This document shows positions 46,849 to 56,215 of a stretch of DNA of 57,599 nt, one piece after another. The translations under genes were made by a program, and so were the position numbers. This DNA is from Clostridia bacterium. Lineage in GTDB: Bacteria > Bacillota > Clostridia > CAKSNL01 > HGM11501. The notes under the pieces were generated by a model that worked only from the letters and a program-made list of their open reading frames with translations, was not told the origin of the DNA and searched no databases. How positions within the stretch are numbered: position 1 is the stretch's first letter; each line of letters starts with the position of its first letter. Location of the stretch: NCBI GenBank assembly GCA_045545475.1, contig JAZQAZ010000003.1, positions 1 to 57,599 of the forward strand, in the 5' to 3' direction.

Positions 46849-47910
46849 TTATCTTCCTGTTCCCTTTCCGGTGATTATTATGCGGTCAACAATTTTCCCG
46901 TCTGCCATTATGTAAATTTTGTCGTGCAGGTTTACGGTTGAACAGCAATGTCCCGGTATAAGAAGCATTTTATCGCCGATTGCCACTTTCTCTTTCAGGC
47001 CGTGAAGCTGAAAATGCTCCTCGCTGGCAACGATTTTTTCCGCCTTATTTCCCACTATTTCGGGCATTCCCTGATCCACTCCGCAGGTTTTAACACCTGC
47101 ATCAACAACAGTTAAGCCGTTGTTTTTACTTACCACCGTGGTCAATACGAAAAGGGAATTCTTAAAGGGCAGATTCAAGTCCTTGTAGGTTGCATCCATA
47201 AAGAGATAGCTTCCTGCCTGAAGCTCGGTATATAACGAATCCTTTGCCTTTATCATTGCAGTGCCCGTGCTTCCGCCGGAGATATTTTCTGTTTCAATTC
47301 CGTTTTCCTTAAGGAATGACACAAGCTCTTTTATTTTTCCGGCATTTTCAAGAGTAAGCTTTTTTCTTTCTTCCTCACTTACCTCGTGGGAAATGTGGCC
47401 CGCATACGCCTGAATTCCCGCATAGCGAAGATGAGTCTTTTCACTTATCGCCTTTGCAAGGAAAAGAACTTCTTCCTTGGTTTTTACGCCGCAGCGCTCC
47501 ATGCCGATTTCAAATTCGATATAGCAGTAAATTACGTTTCCTGCATTTCTTGCCGCCTCGGCAAGCTTTTCTACGTTTATAATATTGTCAACGCATACTG
47601 TCAAATGACAGTCCCCCGCAAGGTCGGCAAGGCGGCGGATTTTTTTATCATCGGTTATCTGATTGGCAATTAAAATATCTTCTATGCCGCTGTCCGCCAA
47701 ATCAATTGCCTCAGAAAGCTTGGCACAGGTCATCCCCTTTGCCCCGTCCTTAATCTGAAGATGAGCAAGTAGGCTGCACTTGTGGGATTTATAGTGGGGG
47801 CGAAGCTTTAAGGTTGAGCCCGCCAGGATTTCCTTCATTGCCTCTATATTCTCACTGAAGGTTTTAGCATCAAGCACCAATGCAGGTGTTTCCAGGTTGT
47901 TTATATTCAT
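46849..47910 (-). CDS. PLP-dependent DSD1/D-threonine aldolase family enzyme
   Basis: LETPALVLD, LRPHYKSHK, QAYAGH, GGSTGT, ELQAGSY, SEEH, PGHCC. Confidence 0.88.
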   Translation of the reverse strand: MNINNLETPALVLDAKTFSENIEAMKEILAGSTLKLRPHYKSHKCSLLAHLQIKDGAKGMTCAKLSEAIDLADSGIEDILIANQITDDKKIRRLADLAGDCHLTVCVDNIINVEKLAEAARNAGNVIYCYIEFEIGMERCGVKTKEEVLFLAKAISEKTHLRYAGIQAYAGHISHEVSEEERKKLTLENAGKIKELVSFLKENGIETENISGGSTGTAMIKAKDSLYTELQAGSYLFMDATYKDLNLPFKNSLFVLTTVVSKNNGLTVVDAGVKTCGVDQGMPEIVGNKAEKIVASEEHFQLHGLKEKVAIGDKMLLIPGHCCSTVNLHDKIYIMADGKIVDRIIITGKGTGR

Positions 47911-47923
47911 AAAAAATTCCCCC

Positions 47924-49306
47924 TTATATATCGTCTGCAAGTATTTTTCTTCTTTTCCATATTCCCGAAAGGAAATATATTGTGGACGGAATTGCATAGC
48001 CATAGGGTGCAAGGGCATAGCCAAGGACAAAGCCGTAAAATCCGAAGCCCATAACTATTCCAAAAAGCCAGGAAAGACCAATACGAAGCACCACTCCGTC
48101 AAGAATGGCAAGCACCATGGCTAGACGGGCATTACCTATTCCCTGAATAAATGCACCGCTCCCTCGCATTAAAGCAAAGGCCGGGAACATCCAAAGTATC
48201 GCCGAAATAAAGGTTCCGGACATTTCGTGAACTGCCACATCGTCTGAAAACGCCATAAAAAGCTGACGTCCAAAAAACAGGTATAAAAGCATAAAGAAAA
48301 TTGTCATAGCAAAGGAATAAATCCACGCCCAGTGAACGGTTTTTACCGCTCTTTCTTTATCGTTTGCGGCAATATTTTGGCTGATTATAGGAACGGCCGC
48401 ATACTGGATACCTTGTGAAATTTTATTTATAATATCGTCAATTCTAATTCCCACTCCAAAGGTTGCAGAGGCTTCCACACTTACCATATTTATAAGCGAA
48501 TTTACAAAAAGCATGGAAATATTGATAAAGCCTGACTGTATCGCCATGGGTGTTCCCAGGCTTACAATCAGTTTTGCGTGTGTTTTTTCAATTTTGAAGC
48601 TTTCCGTCTTAAAGTCAAAGCCAAATTCTTCTTTCTTTTTGTAAAGATAGTATATTGAGAATAAGAATGATGCTGCCTGACCTATTATGGTTGCCCACGC
48701 CGCACCTGCAACACCGAAGCCCAAGAGCCCCGTAAACAAAAGGTCAAGCACTAAATTTATCACCGATGCAACAACGATGAATAAAAGCGGTCTTTTGGAG
48801 TCTCCCATTCCGCGGAGCACTGAAGATACCATATTGTAACCTGCGGTGAAAATGAGACCACCGCCGCAAATTACAAGATAATCACCCGCCATGGCACGAG
48901 TGGTGGGGTCCATTATATTCATAAGGTCGAAAATAGTTTCCTTAAATCCTATAAGAAGCAGGCTTAATACAATGGAAAACATCACCAGCAGAGAAAAAAG
49001 TGTCCCTATAACGGAAGATAGTCTGCCACGCTTCCCTGCCCCAAGTGCCTGGGCCACCAAAACCTGCCCCGCATTAGAAAAGCCGAGGCAAACCATAACC
49101 GCAAAGTTTACAATCTGACTGCTCTGTGATACGGCAGACAAGCCTTCCGTTCCAACGTAATTTCCTACAACCATCATATCTATGGTACTGTACAAAACCA
49201 AAAGGGCATTTGACAGCATGAAGGGAACCGTGAAATATAAAAGGCTTTTTGCTATATTTCCTTTTGTGAAGTCCTTTGTTATAGTACTCAATTTTGTCAT
49301 CTCCAT
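47924..49306 (-). CDS. MATE family efflux transporter
   Basis: DFTKGNI, YSTIDMMVVG, LRGMGDSKRPL, GVAGAAWATIIGQ. Confidence 0.92.
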   Translation of the reverse strand: MEMTKLSTITKDFTKGNIAKSLLYFTVPFMLSNALLVLYSTIDMMVVGNYVGTEGLSAVSQSSQIVNFAVMVCLGFSNAGQVLVAQALGAGKRGRLSSVIGTLFSLLVMFSIVLSLLLIGFKETIFDLMNIMDPTTRAMAGDYLVICGGGLIFTAGYNMVSSVLRGMGDSKRPLLFIVVASVINLVLDLLFTGLLGFGVAGAAWATIIGQAASFLFSIYYLYKKKEEFGFDFKTESFKIEKTHAKLIVSLGTPMAIQSGFINISMLFVNSLINMVSVEASATFGVGIRIDDIINKISQGIQYAAVPIISQNIAANDKERAVKTVHWAWIYSFAMTIFFMLLYLFFGRQLFMAFSDDVAVHEMSGTFISAILWMFPAFALMRGSGAFIQGIGNARLAMVLAILDGVVLRIGLSWLFGIVMGFGFYGFVLGYALAPYGYAIPSTIYFLSGIWKRRKILADDI

Positions 49307-49312
49307 TAAATT

Positions 49313-49344
49313 GGCTGTTTAAAAGCTTTATCTTTTAAACAGCC
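49313..49344. repeat. GGCTGT...ACAGCC hairpin adjoining element copy 2
   Basis: GGCTGTTTAAAAG-ctttat-CTTTTAAACAGCC, 13-bp stem. Confidence 0.7.
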
Positions 49345-49349
49345 TCATT

Positions 49350-49600
49350 AAGGGATAGGAAAAAAAGATTCAGAATGAACAAACTGAGCTTTGAAAAAGC
49401 CTGTATACAGACTTTTTCAAAGTTTTCCGAAGGCGTATGTTATACGTCGAGTGACGAAGTTTGTTTATAGCAAAAAGGTTAAATATAAAGAAAAATCGAC
49501 TTAATGAGATTTTTCAACATTATTAAATTTTGTAATTAAGCTATTTCCCTTAACACTTATTCTCTACCTTTTTGCGGTCTGAGCTTTTTTAACATCCCTT
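49350..49600. repeat. Diverged copy 2 of the structured non-coding element
   Basis: Colinear with 4871-5123; stems preserved by compensatory changes. Confidence 0.85.
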
Positions 49601-49607
49601 TTTATTT

Positions 49608-52370
49608 TTATTTTTTTCTTACTGCCGTCTTATCGTTGGGATTAAATGCAAGGTTTACATTTCCCATTACGCTGTGTCCCGTGCCATGAATAAGCTTTGA
49701 AAGCTCGGTGGGAGTGAACTTGCCGGGGACGAAATCCTCGCTCTTCATATATTTTATAAGCTGAGATTTCAAGTAATTTCCCGTAATGTCCGCCGTATTG
49801 AAATTAAAGGAGCATACCACGCATCTTCCCTCATATGCAGAAAATTCAAAAAGCGAGGCTTGACGGATTGCATATTTATGTGTTGACACGATTTCAACGA
49901 TGGGATTAAAGGGAACGTCCTTATCCCAGAAGCAGACCGTGTTTCCGCCACGGAAAAGCTCGTCAAACTGCCATGCACAAAAACCCTCATTGGGCATAAA
50001 GTTTATTGCCGGGTGGTCATATACAACGCTTCCCAGATTTCCCGAAGAGCGGCCGGGAAGTGCAGGCTTTCTCGCAAGCCCATTTACCTTGAAGGGCGAA
50101 GTGCCGAGTAGCAGCACGTCACATCCTGCCTTAAGGGCGGCAATGAGCTCATCCTCCGTCATTCCGGAAGTAACTAAAATGTCTCCGGGGTTTTCCTCCG
50201 TAACTTCGGGGTAAACATAAAGTTCCCACTCATTTTCCGCAAAAAGCTTGTCATTTTCAAGGCTCACATAAAGCTTTAACGCTTTTGCCTCTGCTACCTT
50301 GGGCATAGTCATATCAAGCTTGTAAATGGAAGAAACCTTTCCGTTTTCGATTTTTTCTATATTTACGCTTTTTCTTTCAATTACCTCATCTTCGGCCATA
50401 AGGCGGATGTCAAGCCTTGCATTTGTAAGTGCCTCTTTTGCATAGCATGAAGTTAAAATGTTGCAGGAGAGAGCCTCGTTTGAAGCAAAGTTTGCTTTTC
50501 TGGCAAGGTCTGTAAGAATAATGGTTTCGGAGTTATACATTCTCACGTTTCTCACCGATTCACCGGGCTTCATTTCATAAAACTCGTTCATCATACCGCA
50601 GTCATAGCCGAAGGTATGCCAATGGGTATCAATGGGACCTAAAAAGTCATAGCCGGCCATATTTTCGCTTCGGCGGAGTGCCTCAAAGCAATATTTTCTT
50701 GCACGACGCTGCCATTCGGATGTGGTCTTAAAGTAAAGGGGTGCCTTTTTAATAACGCCTTCTTCTGTAAGATGCTGACGGAGTGAAGAAAACATTTCAG
50801 TTTTTCCTACGCGAAGACCTTTATAGCGTTCCTCCAAGCTTAAATCCGTATATGTTCCGTCAATGCAAATTTCGTGGCTGACTCTCGGCTTATGGTGATA
50901 TACCTCGCTCCAGGAATCAATCTCGGCAGGGTCGCAGGAAGGGGAATTATAGCTGTGACGGGCGTTGGTATAGCTTGAATACATGTCGGCGAACTCGCCC
51001 ACCCTTTTGATTCTTGTGGGATTGTGACGGAAAGGTTCTTCCACCAAAAATTCCTTCTGGTCTTCTTCAATATGATTGTATTCAAGACCTCGGAGTGCGG
51101 AAAGCGGCGAAAACAGGCTGTCTGTTCCCTGGTGCACATAATCTCCACATTTATTTAAGTGGGCAATAAAGTCTCCGTCCATCTGAAGCTCGTTACCGCA
51201 GCAGTAAATCACAACGGAGGTGTGACGTCTGCAGAAATTAACGATTTCCTTCCATTCGGATAAGGAAGTATTGTTGGGGCTTTCAACGTGAAGAAGAATA
51301 CCAAGCTCGTCTGCCGCCTGCATATATTCTTCTTCGGGAATGTAGGTATGAAAACGGATAAAGTTAAAGCCCAGCTTCTTTATCTCACGGATGATGCTTC
51401 TGTAATATGTAAGATCGTGATCAGGATGAATGGTTTCGGGAAAATAGCAATGCTCGCAGATTCCGCGAAGGAAATAGGGCACGCCGTTAAGTCTAAAATG
51501 GGGCCCGTCGGGAATAAGTCTTCTCACACCAAAGCTTCGCTCTAAGCTTCCTTCTCCGCTTGTGATTACAAGGTTATAAAGTTTGGGATTTTCAGGGCTC
51601 CAGGGTGTAAGACCTTCGGTATCAAAACAGAAATTGCCCGCAGCCTTACCGCTTTTTATTACGGTTTTGCCGTCCTTTACTTCCCAGGTAATGTCGGCTT
51701 TTCCTTCCGAAATTACTTCTGCTGAAACTTCTTTAATATCATCTGATACCTTTAATACCACATCACGCAGCGGGCTGTTATAGACACGAAGCTCAATATC
51801 TCCCGTGATACCGCCGGTGCATTCGTTTGCCGCACGGCTGGTTATACCCGAAACAGGATAATCGCCATAGCCCTTCAAGCGGAAATTTGAAACAGAAAGG
51901 GCTACGGTGTTTTCACCGTCCGTTAAAAGACCGTCCGGGATTTTTATATCAAAAGGAGTCGAATAGCCTTCGTGCATACCGATAAATTCACCGTTTATCC
52001 AAACGGATACTTTATTCTGTACGCCGTCAAAATGAAGATATGCGTCCTTTTTTATGCCTTCGCAAAGGAAGGTTCTTTCATAAAAGAAGTTACCCACGGG
52101 ATTTGGAAGAGCCATATCCGGTGCAAAACCCGTGATGGGATATTTCTGTATTCCGTATTCGGGATTTATCCTTATACCTCTGTAAAATGGGGTGTAGATA
52201 AATTTGTCGGTCATATCCTCCCAATAGCCGGGAACGGCACCGTCCACCAATGCCGCTTCGGAATTAAGTCTTAAATCCCCGTTGTCCCAGGGATTTACCT
52301 TTTCCTTGTATTCTTCTTCCTTGTAGCTCATTTTCCAGCTTCCGTTTAATGATAATGCAGAATAATTCAT
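49608..52370 (-). CDS. GH2 family glycoside hydrolase
   Basis: SLNGSW, LHFDGV, WINGEFIG.HEG, WSPENPKLY, LGFNFIRFH, ADELGIL, GNE. Confidence 0.88.
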   Translation of the reverse strand: MNYSALSLNGSWKMSYKEEEYKEKVNPWDNGDLRLNSEAALVDGAVPGYWEDMTDKFIYTPFYRGIRINPEYGIQKYPITGFAPDMALPNPVGNFFYERTFLCEGIKKDAYLHFDGVQNKVSVWINGEFIGMHEGYSTPFDIKIPDGLLTDGENTVALSVSNFRLKGYGDYPVSGITSRAANECTGGITGDIELRVYNSPLRDVVLKVSDDIKEVSAEVISEGKADITWEVKDGKTVIKSGKAAGNFCFDTEGLTPWSPENPKLYNLVITSGEGSLERSFGVRRLIPDGPHFRLNGVPYFLRGICEHCYFPETIHPDHDLTYYRSIIREIKKLGFNFIRFHTYIPEEEYMQAADELGILLHVESPNNTSLSEWKEIVNFCRRHTSVVIYCCGNELQMDGDFIAHLNKCGDYVHQGTDSLFSPLSALRGLEYNHIEEDQKEFLVEEPFRHNPTRIKRVGEFADMYSSYTNARHSYNSPSCDPAEIDSWSEVYHHKPRVSHEICIDGTYTDLSLEERYKGLRVGKTEMFSSLRQHLTEEGVIKKAPLYFKTTSEWQRRARKYCFEALRRSENMAGYDFLGPIDTHWHTFGYDCGMMNEFYEMKPGESVRNVRMYNSETIILTDLARKANFASNEALSCNILTSCYAKEALTNARLDIRLMAEDEVIERKSVNIEKIENGKVSSIYKLDMTMPKVAEAKALKLYVSLENDKLFAENEWELYVYPEVTEENPGDILVTSGMTEDELIAALKAGCDVLLLGTSPFKVNGLARKPALPGRSSGNLGSVVYDHPAINFMPNEGFCAWQFDELFRGGNTVCFWDKDVPFNPIVEIVSTHKYAIRQASLFEFSAYEGRCVVCSFNFNTADITGNYLKSQLIKYMKSEDFVPGKFTPTELSKLIHGTGHSVMGNVNLAFNPNDKTAVRKK

Positions 52371-52520
52371 TAAAAGCACCTCTTTTTTTCTGTTATATTA
52401 TGTCCTTGGTGTCATCTTCGTTCATTCTATCACACATGAAAATAAAATACAAGAATAATCAGAAATTTAACAAAAAAACAAAGAAAAAAGCCATTTACCC
52501 ATAAGATAAATGGCAATATA

Positions 52521-53255
52521 TCAGTAGACTAAATTTTTAAGTTTTTTTATACCGCTTAACACATCTGCTTTATATCTGTCATAGTTGAGTGAACTTGCAG
52601 AAAACAAGTTGTTCACTGATAAAACCGAAGAGCTGAGGTCTTCAAAATCATCATGTATCACTTTCGCCAAACGTTTGATTTCGCTTATGTCTTCATGAAA
52701 ATAAATGTCTTTAGGATTTCTCAATTTATATCCCAAGGAAGCTGCCTCCGACCGTAATCTCTCAGCGGCTTCAGCCTCTTCTGTTTTCAATCCCAATTCT
52801 TCCATCAAGTCGTTTGATCCGTTACCTCCTCCGCTAAAAGCCAACGCCAAATTAGCATTTCTTACCAATGCAACAGCTTCTATTTTATCAATTGCGCTCT
52901 CTATTTTTGTAATATACAATTTGGCATTACTTATATACTCATCGTATTTTTTCTCATTTTCTATATAAAAATATCCGCCAAAGCCAATTGCCGCAACAAG
53001 TATAACAGCAACTAAAGACAGTATAATTCTCTTTGCAAGCCCTTTCTTTTTTGGTTTTACATTTTTTCCTTTTTTCTCTTCCTCTTTATCCGCCGTCTTA
53101 TTTTCCTCCGTTTCGAGGACTTCAGCTGAAGCATCAGGCATCTCTTTAATAAGCTTTTTAACTTCCTCAAGAGAGTACTTTCCTCCACAGGTGTGGCACA
53201 CAAAAATACCACCTTCCTTAATAATGTCTTCGCCTCCGCAAATCTCACAAACCAT
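52521..53255 (-). CDS. Zinc-ribbon, single-TM membrane protein
   Basis: CEICGG...CHTCGG; basic linker; one TM helix. Confidence 0.75.
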   Translation of the reverse strand: MVCEICGGEDIIKEGGIFVCHTCGGKYSLEEVKKLIKEMPDASAEVLETEENKTADKEEEKKGKNVKPKKKGLAKRIILSLVAVILVAAIGFGGYFYIENEKKYDEYISNAKLYITKIESAIDKIEAVALVRNANLALAFSGGGNGSNDLMEELGLKTEEAEAAERLRSEAASLGYKLRNPKDIYFHEDISEIKRLAKVIHDDFEDLSSSVLSVNNLFSASSLNYDRYKADVLSGIKKLKNLVY

Positions 53256-53289
53256 TTATTTTTCCACCTTTTCCTTGTTGTTTTACACA

Positions 53290-53335
53290 ATTATATACCA
53301 TTTTGTTATATTTGTCAATATAGCATTTTGTTATA
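53290..53335. promoter_or_regulatory. Divergent promoter region with 12-bp direct repeat
   Basis: Minus-strand TTGACA(53318)-17bp-TATAAT(53295); CATTTTGTTATA at 53299 and 53324. Confidence 0.65.
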
Positions 53336-53374
53336 ATGTATAATTTTTATATAATTGCGGAAGGTAGTGATATT

Positions 53375-53593
53375 ATGTATATCCGAATAAGAAATTTGCG
53401 GGAAGATATGGATTTAACTCAGGCGGACGTGGCAAAAATACTTAGCTGCACACAGGTTGGATATTCATACTATGAAACCGGAAAGCGTGACATACCGACC
53501 GACGTTTTAATCCGTCTTGCAAGGCTTTACAACACCAGCACAGACTACCTTCTGAATTTAACAGATGCAAAAGAGCCCTATCCCCAAAAATAA
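53375..53593 (+). CDS. XRE-family HTH regulator
   Basis: IRNLREDMDLTQADVAKIL...YSYYETGKRDIP...STDYLL. Confidence 0.92.
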   Translation: MYIRIRNLREDMDLTQADVAKILSCTQVGYSYYETGKRDIPTDVLIRLARLYNTSTDYLLNLTDAKEPYPQK

Positions 53594-53602
53594 TTTTCTA
53601 CC

Positions 53603-53635
53603 AAAAAGGAGCTGTAAAAATTACAGCTCCTTTTT
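53603..53635. terminator. GGAGCTGTAA/TTACAGCTCC hairpin, bidirectional terminator
   Basis: AAAAGGAGCTGTAA-aaa-TTACAGCTCCTTTT. Confidence 0.75.
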
Positions 53636-54264
53636 TAAATTCCAATTGGTTTATCCTTATACATATCCTCGCGGTATGTAAGATTTTCGTCCATACCGAG
53701 GGCAGGAAGAACGTATTCAAGCACCTTTTCCGTAAAGGCCTCCGTTCCCGCGGGAGTGTAATAGTGTACCGCATCCGAATGTGCTTCTTCGGGAAGTGAT
53801 GCGGAAACGGCGTACAAATCATTTACCTCAAATCCGTGCTTTTTAACCACCTCAATTGCCGCCTTGTTATACTCTTCAATTTCTTCATTATAGCGCTTAA
53901 AATTCACATCCATTTTTTCCGACAAAACGGCGGTACTAGTTGCAAAAATAACCTTTGCATTGGGGCAGAGCTTTTTAATTCTTATGCATATTCTCTCTAT
54001 GTAATAAGCATAAAATTCAATGGGCGTATGGGGTTCTTCCCCAAATAGACGAAGGCAGTCCCATAGGCCTGCATTCCAGTGGATAACGTCGATTTCCGAA
54101 CCCTTCAAGCCTCCGAAATACTCGTGGAAATTGCGAAGAACATAGGAAGCAAAACGGCAGTTTTCCTCGGGGAAAATTACGTTAACTTTTCCCTCCAAGG
54201 TCTTTTTCACTGATTTATCATATCCCATACGGATAGAGTCACCTATAAGCAATAAATTTTTCAT
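53635..54264 (-). CDS. SGNH/GDSL hydrolase
   Basis: LIGDSI, WNAGLWD, DAVH. Confidence 0.88.
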   Translation of the reverse strand: MKNLLLIGDSIRMGYDKSVKKTLEGKVNVIFPEENCRFASYVLRNFHEYFGGLKGSEIDVIHWNAGLWDCLRLFGEEPHTPIEFYAYYIERICIRIKKLCPNAKVIFATSTAVLSEKMDVNFKRYNEEIEEYNKAAIEVVKKHGFEVNDLYAVSASLPEEAHSDAVHYYTPAGTEAFTEKVLEYVLPALGMDENLTYREDMYKDKPIGI

Positions 54265-54290
54265 TGCAATATCTCCTTAAAGCATAATTG

Positions 54291-55211
54291 TCATTTGTAA
54301 CCGATAATATTTTTTGCTGTATATTCATCAGTAATTAATGTATCAATCATTTGTGTCCGCATAGCACCAATGATTGCTGCTGTTTTGTCTTTTCCGCAGG
54401 CAACAGCGATTGTTTCCTTTGCATTTTTTAAGTTTTCCTTTGTTGCACACAGCGTGTTTTCATAAAGCTTCAAAATGTTTCCGTCTGCATCAAAAAAATG
54501 CGTGGACACATCCCCTATTGCAGAATTACATTTTTCGTTATAACCAAAGCTTTTCCCAAGTGTTTCGATACTGTCTCTGTTTCCGATTCCTACAATCGCT
54601 ATATCTATACCGTTCCACAAGTCATAAAGCTTTTTATAATAGGATGTTTTTTTAAAAAGCGTGGCGTCCTCCGAATTATCGGGGCGATATGGAAACCAGG
54701 CATACTTCACCGCTGCACCAATTTTATCCGCAAAGCTTCTTGCAAGCTCATTTGATGCAAAGCAGGACTCCTCTAAGTCTGTTGCTCCGAAAAGCGGAAA
54801 AACCATATTCCCGGGTGCATTGATAGAGTGAAGTTCAGAAATCAAGCTCTGCACGGTATGTCCCCAGGAAATGGCAATTTTCTTATTTCCGCTTTTTACA
54901 AGTGTTTCTATATATTCGCAGGCTCTTTTCACAGTCATTAAAAGCGAAAGCGATTCATCAAAAGCACTTACACCGCATACAACCGCATTTTTGATACCAA
55001 ACCTTTCACACAATGCCTGTTCCAAGTCCTTACAGGTAATTTCCGGATCGTGAATTTTTATTTCTACTATATTTTCCTTTATGGCATCTGTCAGCAGTTT
55101 TGAAACCGTCTGACGGGATAAATTCATAATATCTGCAATTTCGCTCTGGGTATAATTTTTTTCATAATACAAAATTGCCGCTTCCTGCATCTGCTTTTTA
55201 CGAATATCCAT
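54291..55211 (-). CDS. SorC/DeoR-family sugar-binding transcriptional regulator
   Basis: AAILYYEKNYTQSEIA...SRQTVSKLL; ISWGHT; AIVGIG; LITDE. Confidence 0.92.
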   Translation of the reverse strand: MDIRKKQMQEAAILYYEKNYTQSEIADIMNLSRQTVSKLLTDAIKENIVEIKIHDPEITCKDLEQALCERFGIKNAVVCGVSAFDESLSLLMTVKRACEYIETLVKSGNKKIAISWGHTVQSLISELHSINAPGNMVFPLFGATDLEESCFASNELARSFADKIGAAVKYAWFPYRPDNSEDATLFKKTSYYKKLYDLWNGIDIAIVGIGNRDSIETLGKSFGYNEKCNSAIGDVSTHFFDADGNILKLYENTLCATKENLKNAKETIAVACGKDKTAAIIGAMRTQMIDTLITDEYTAKNIIGYK

Positions 55212-55232
55212 AGTTTCATCACCCTTCGGTTT

Positions 55233-55305
55233 ATTATAGCAATATTTCGCCCCTCTGTCAACTTTAACATTTGTTATTGACAAATGTTAACCGCAGTGTT
55301 ATAAT
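55233..55305. promoter_or_regulatory. Back-to-back consensus promoters with palindromic operator
   Basis: Minus: TTGACA(55261)-17bp-TATAAT(55238). Plus: TTGACA(55277)-17bp-TATAAT(55300). TTAACATTTGT-N5-ACAAATGTTAA at 55264-55290. Confidence 0.8.
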
Positions 55306-55336
55306 CTATATAAACTTTAATTAAGGAGTGAAAAAC

Positions 55337-56206
55337 ATGTTAGTTACAATGAAGGAAATGCTTGAAGATGCCAAGAAAAACCATTATGCTCTTCCCGCAT
55401 TTGATGTAAGTAATTATGAAATGATGAAAGCCGTACTCGAAACCTGCGAAGAGGAGAAGTCCCCCGCCCTCCTTATGGGATTGGGCGTTGACCTTAAGGG
55501 TAGAGACTTAAATCTTCTCACCTCAATGATTAAAGGAGCATCTGAGTTTTACAACATTCCGATTTGCTTCCATTTAGACCATGCAACAGATCTTGAATTT
55601 ATAAAGAGTGCAATAGGTGCAGGCTTTTCTTCCGTAATGTTTGACGGTTCTGTATTGCCCTTTGACGAAAATGCCAAAAAGACTGCAGAGGTTACAAAAT
55701 TTGCCCACGCAAAGGGAATTACCGTAGAAGCGGAGCTTGGTCACGTTGGCAATGCCAGCGTAGGAAGCATCAGTGAAACAGGAACCGATACCGATCCCGG
55801 CGAAAGCCTGACTGTTCCCGAGGAGGTTAAAAAGTTCGTTGAAATTACCGATGTTGACGCTCTTGCTGTAGCCATCGGTACCGCTCACGGAGTATATCAG
55901 AAAACCCCCGAACTCAGAATCGACCGCCTTGACGAAATAACCGCCATATGCGACAGACCCCTGGTTCTTCACGGCGGAAGCGGAACACCTGATGACCAGA
56001 TGAAAAACGCCATTCATCACGGTATTACAAAGATTAACATTTATTCCGATGTGCTTTTCGCACTTAATCAGGGACTAAAAAATTATCTCAACACTATGAC
56101 CAATCCTTCTACCTGGCCTTTCCTTGTATACGAAGATGCCATAAAGATGATGAAGAACGTTGTCCGTGAAAAGCTCAGAACTTTCGGAAGTTCAGGAAGG
56201 GTATAA
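55337..56206 (+). CDS. Class II ketose-bisphosphate aldolase (Fba/GatY-like)
   Basis: HLDH, SSVMFDGS, VEAELGHVG, AIGTAHG, LVLHGGSG, KINI. Confidence 0.92.
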   Translation: MLVTMKEMLEDAKKNHYALPAFDVSNYEMMKAVLETCEEEKSPALLMGLGVDLKGRDLNLLTSMIKGASEFYNIPICFHLDHATDLEFIKSAIGAGFSSVMFDGSVLPFDENAKKTAEVTKFAHAKGITVEAELGHVGNASVGSISETGTDTDPGESLTVPEEVKKFVEITDVDALAVAIGTAHGVYQKTPELRIDRLDEITAICDRPLVLHGGSGTPDDQMKNAIHHGITKINIYSDVLFALNQGLKNYLNTMTNPSTWPFLVYEDAIKMMKNVVREKLRTFGSSGRV

Positions 56207-56215
56207 GGTGATAAT

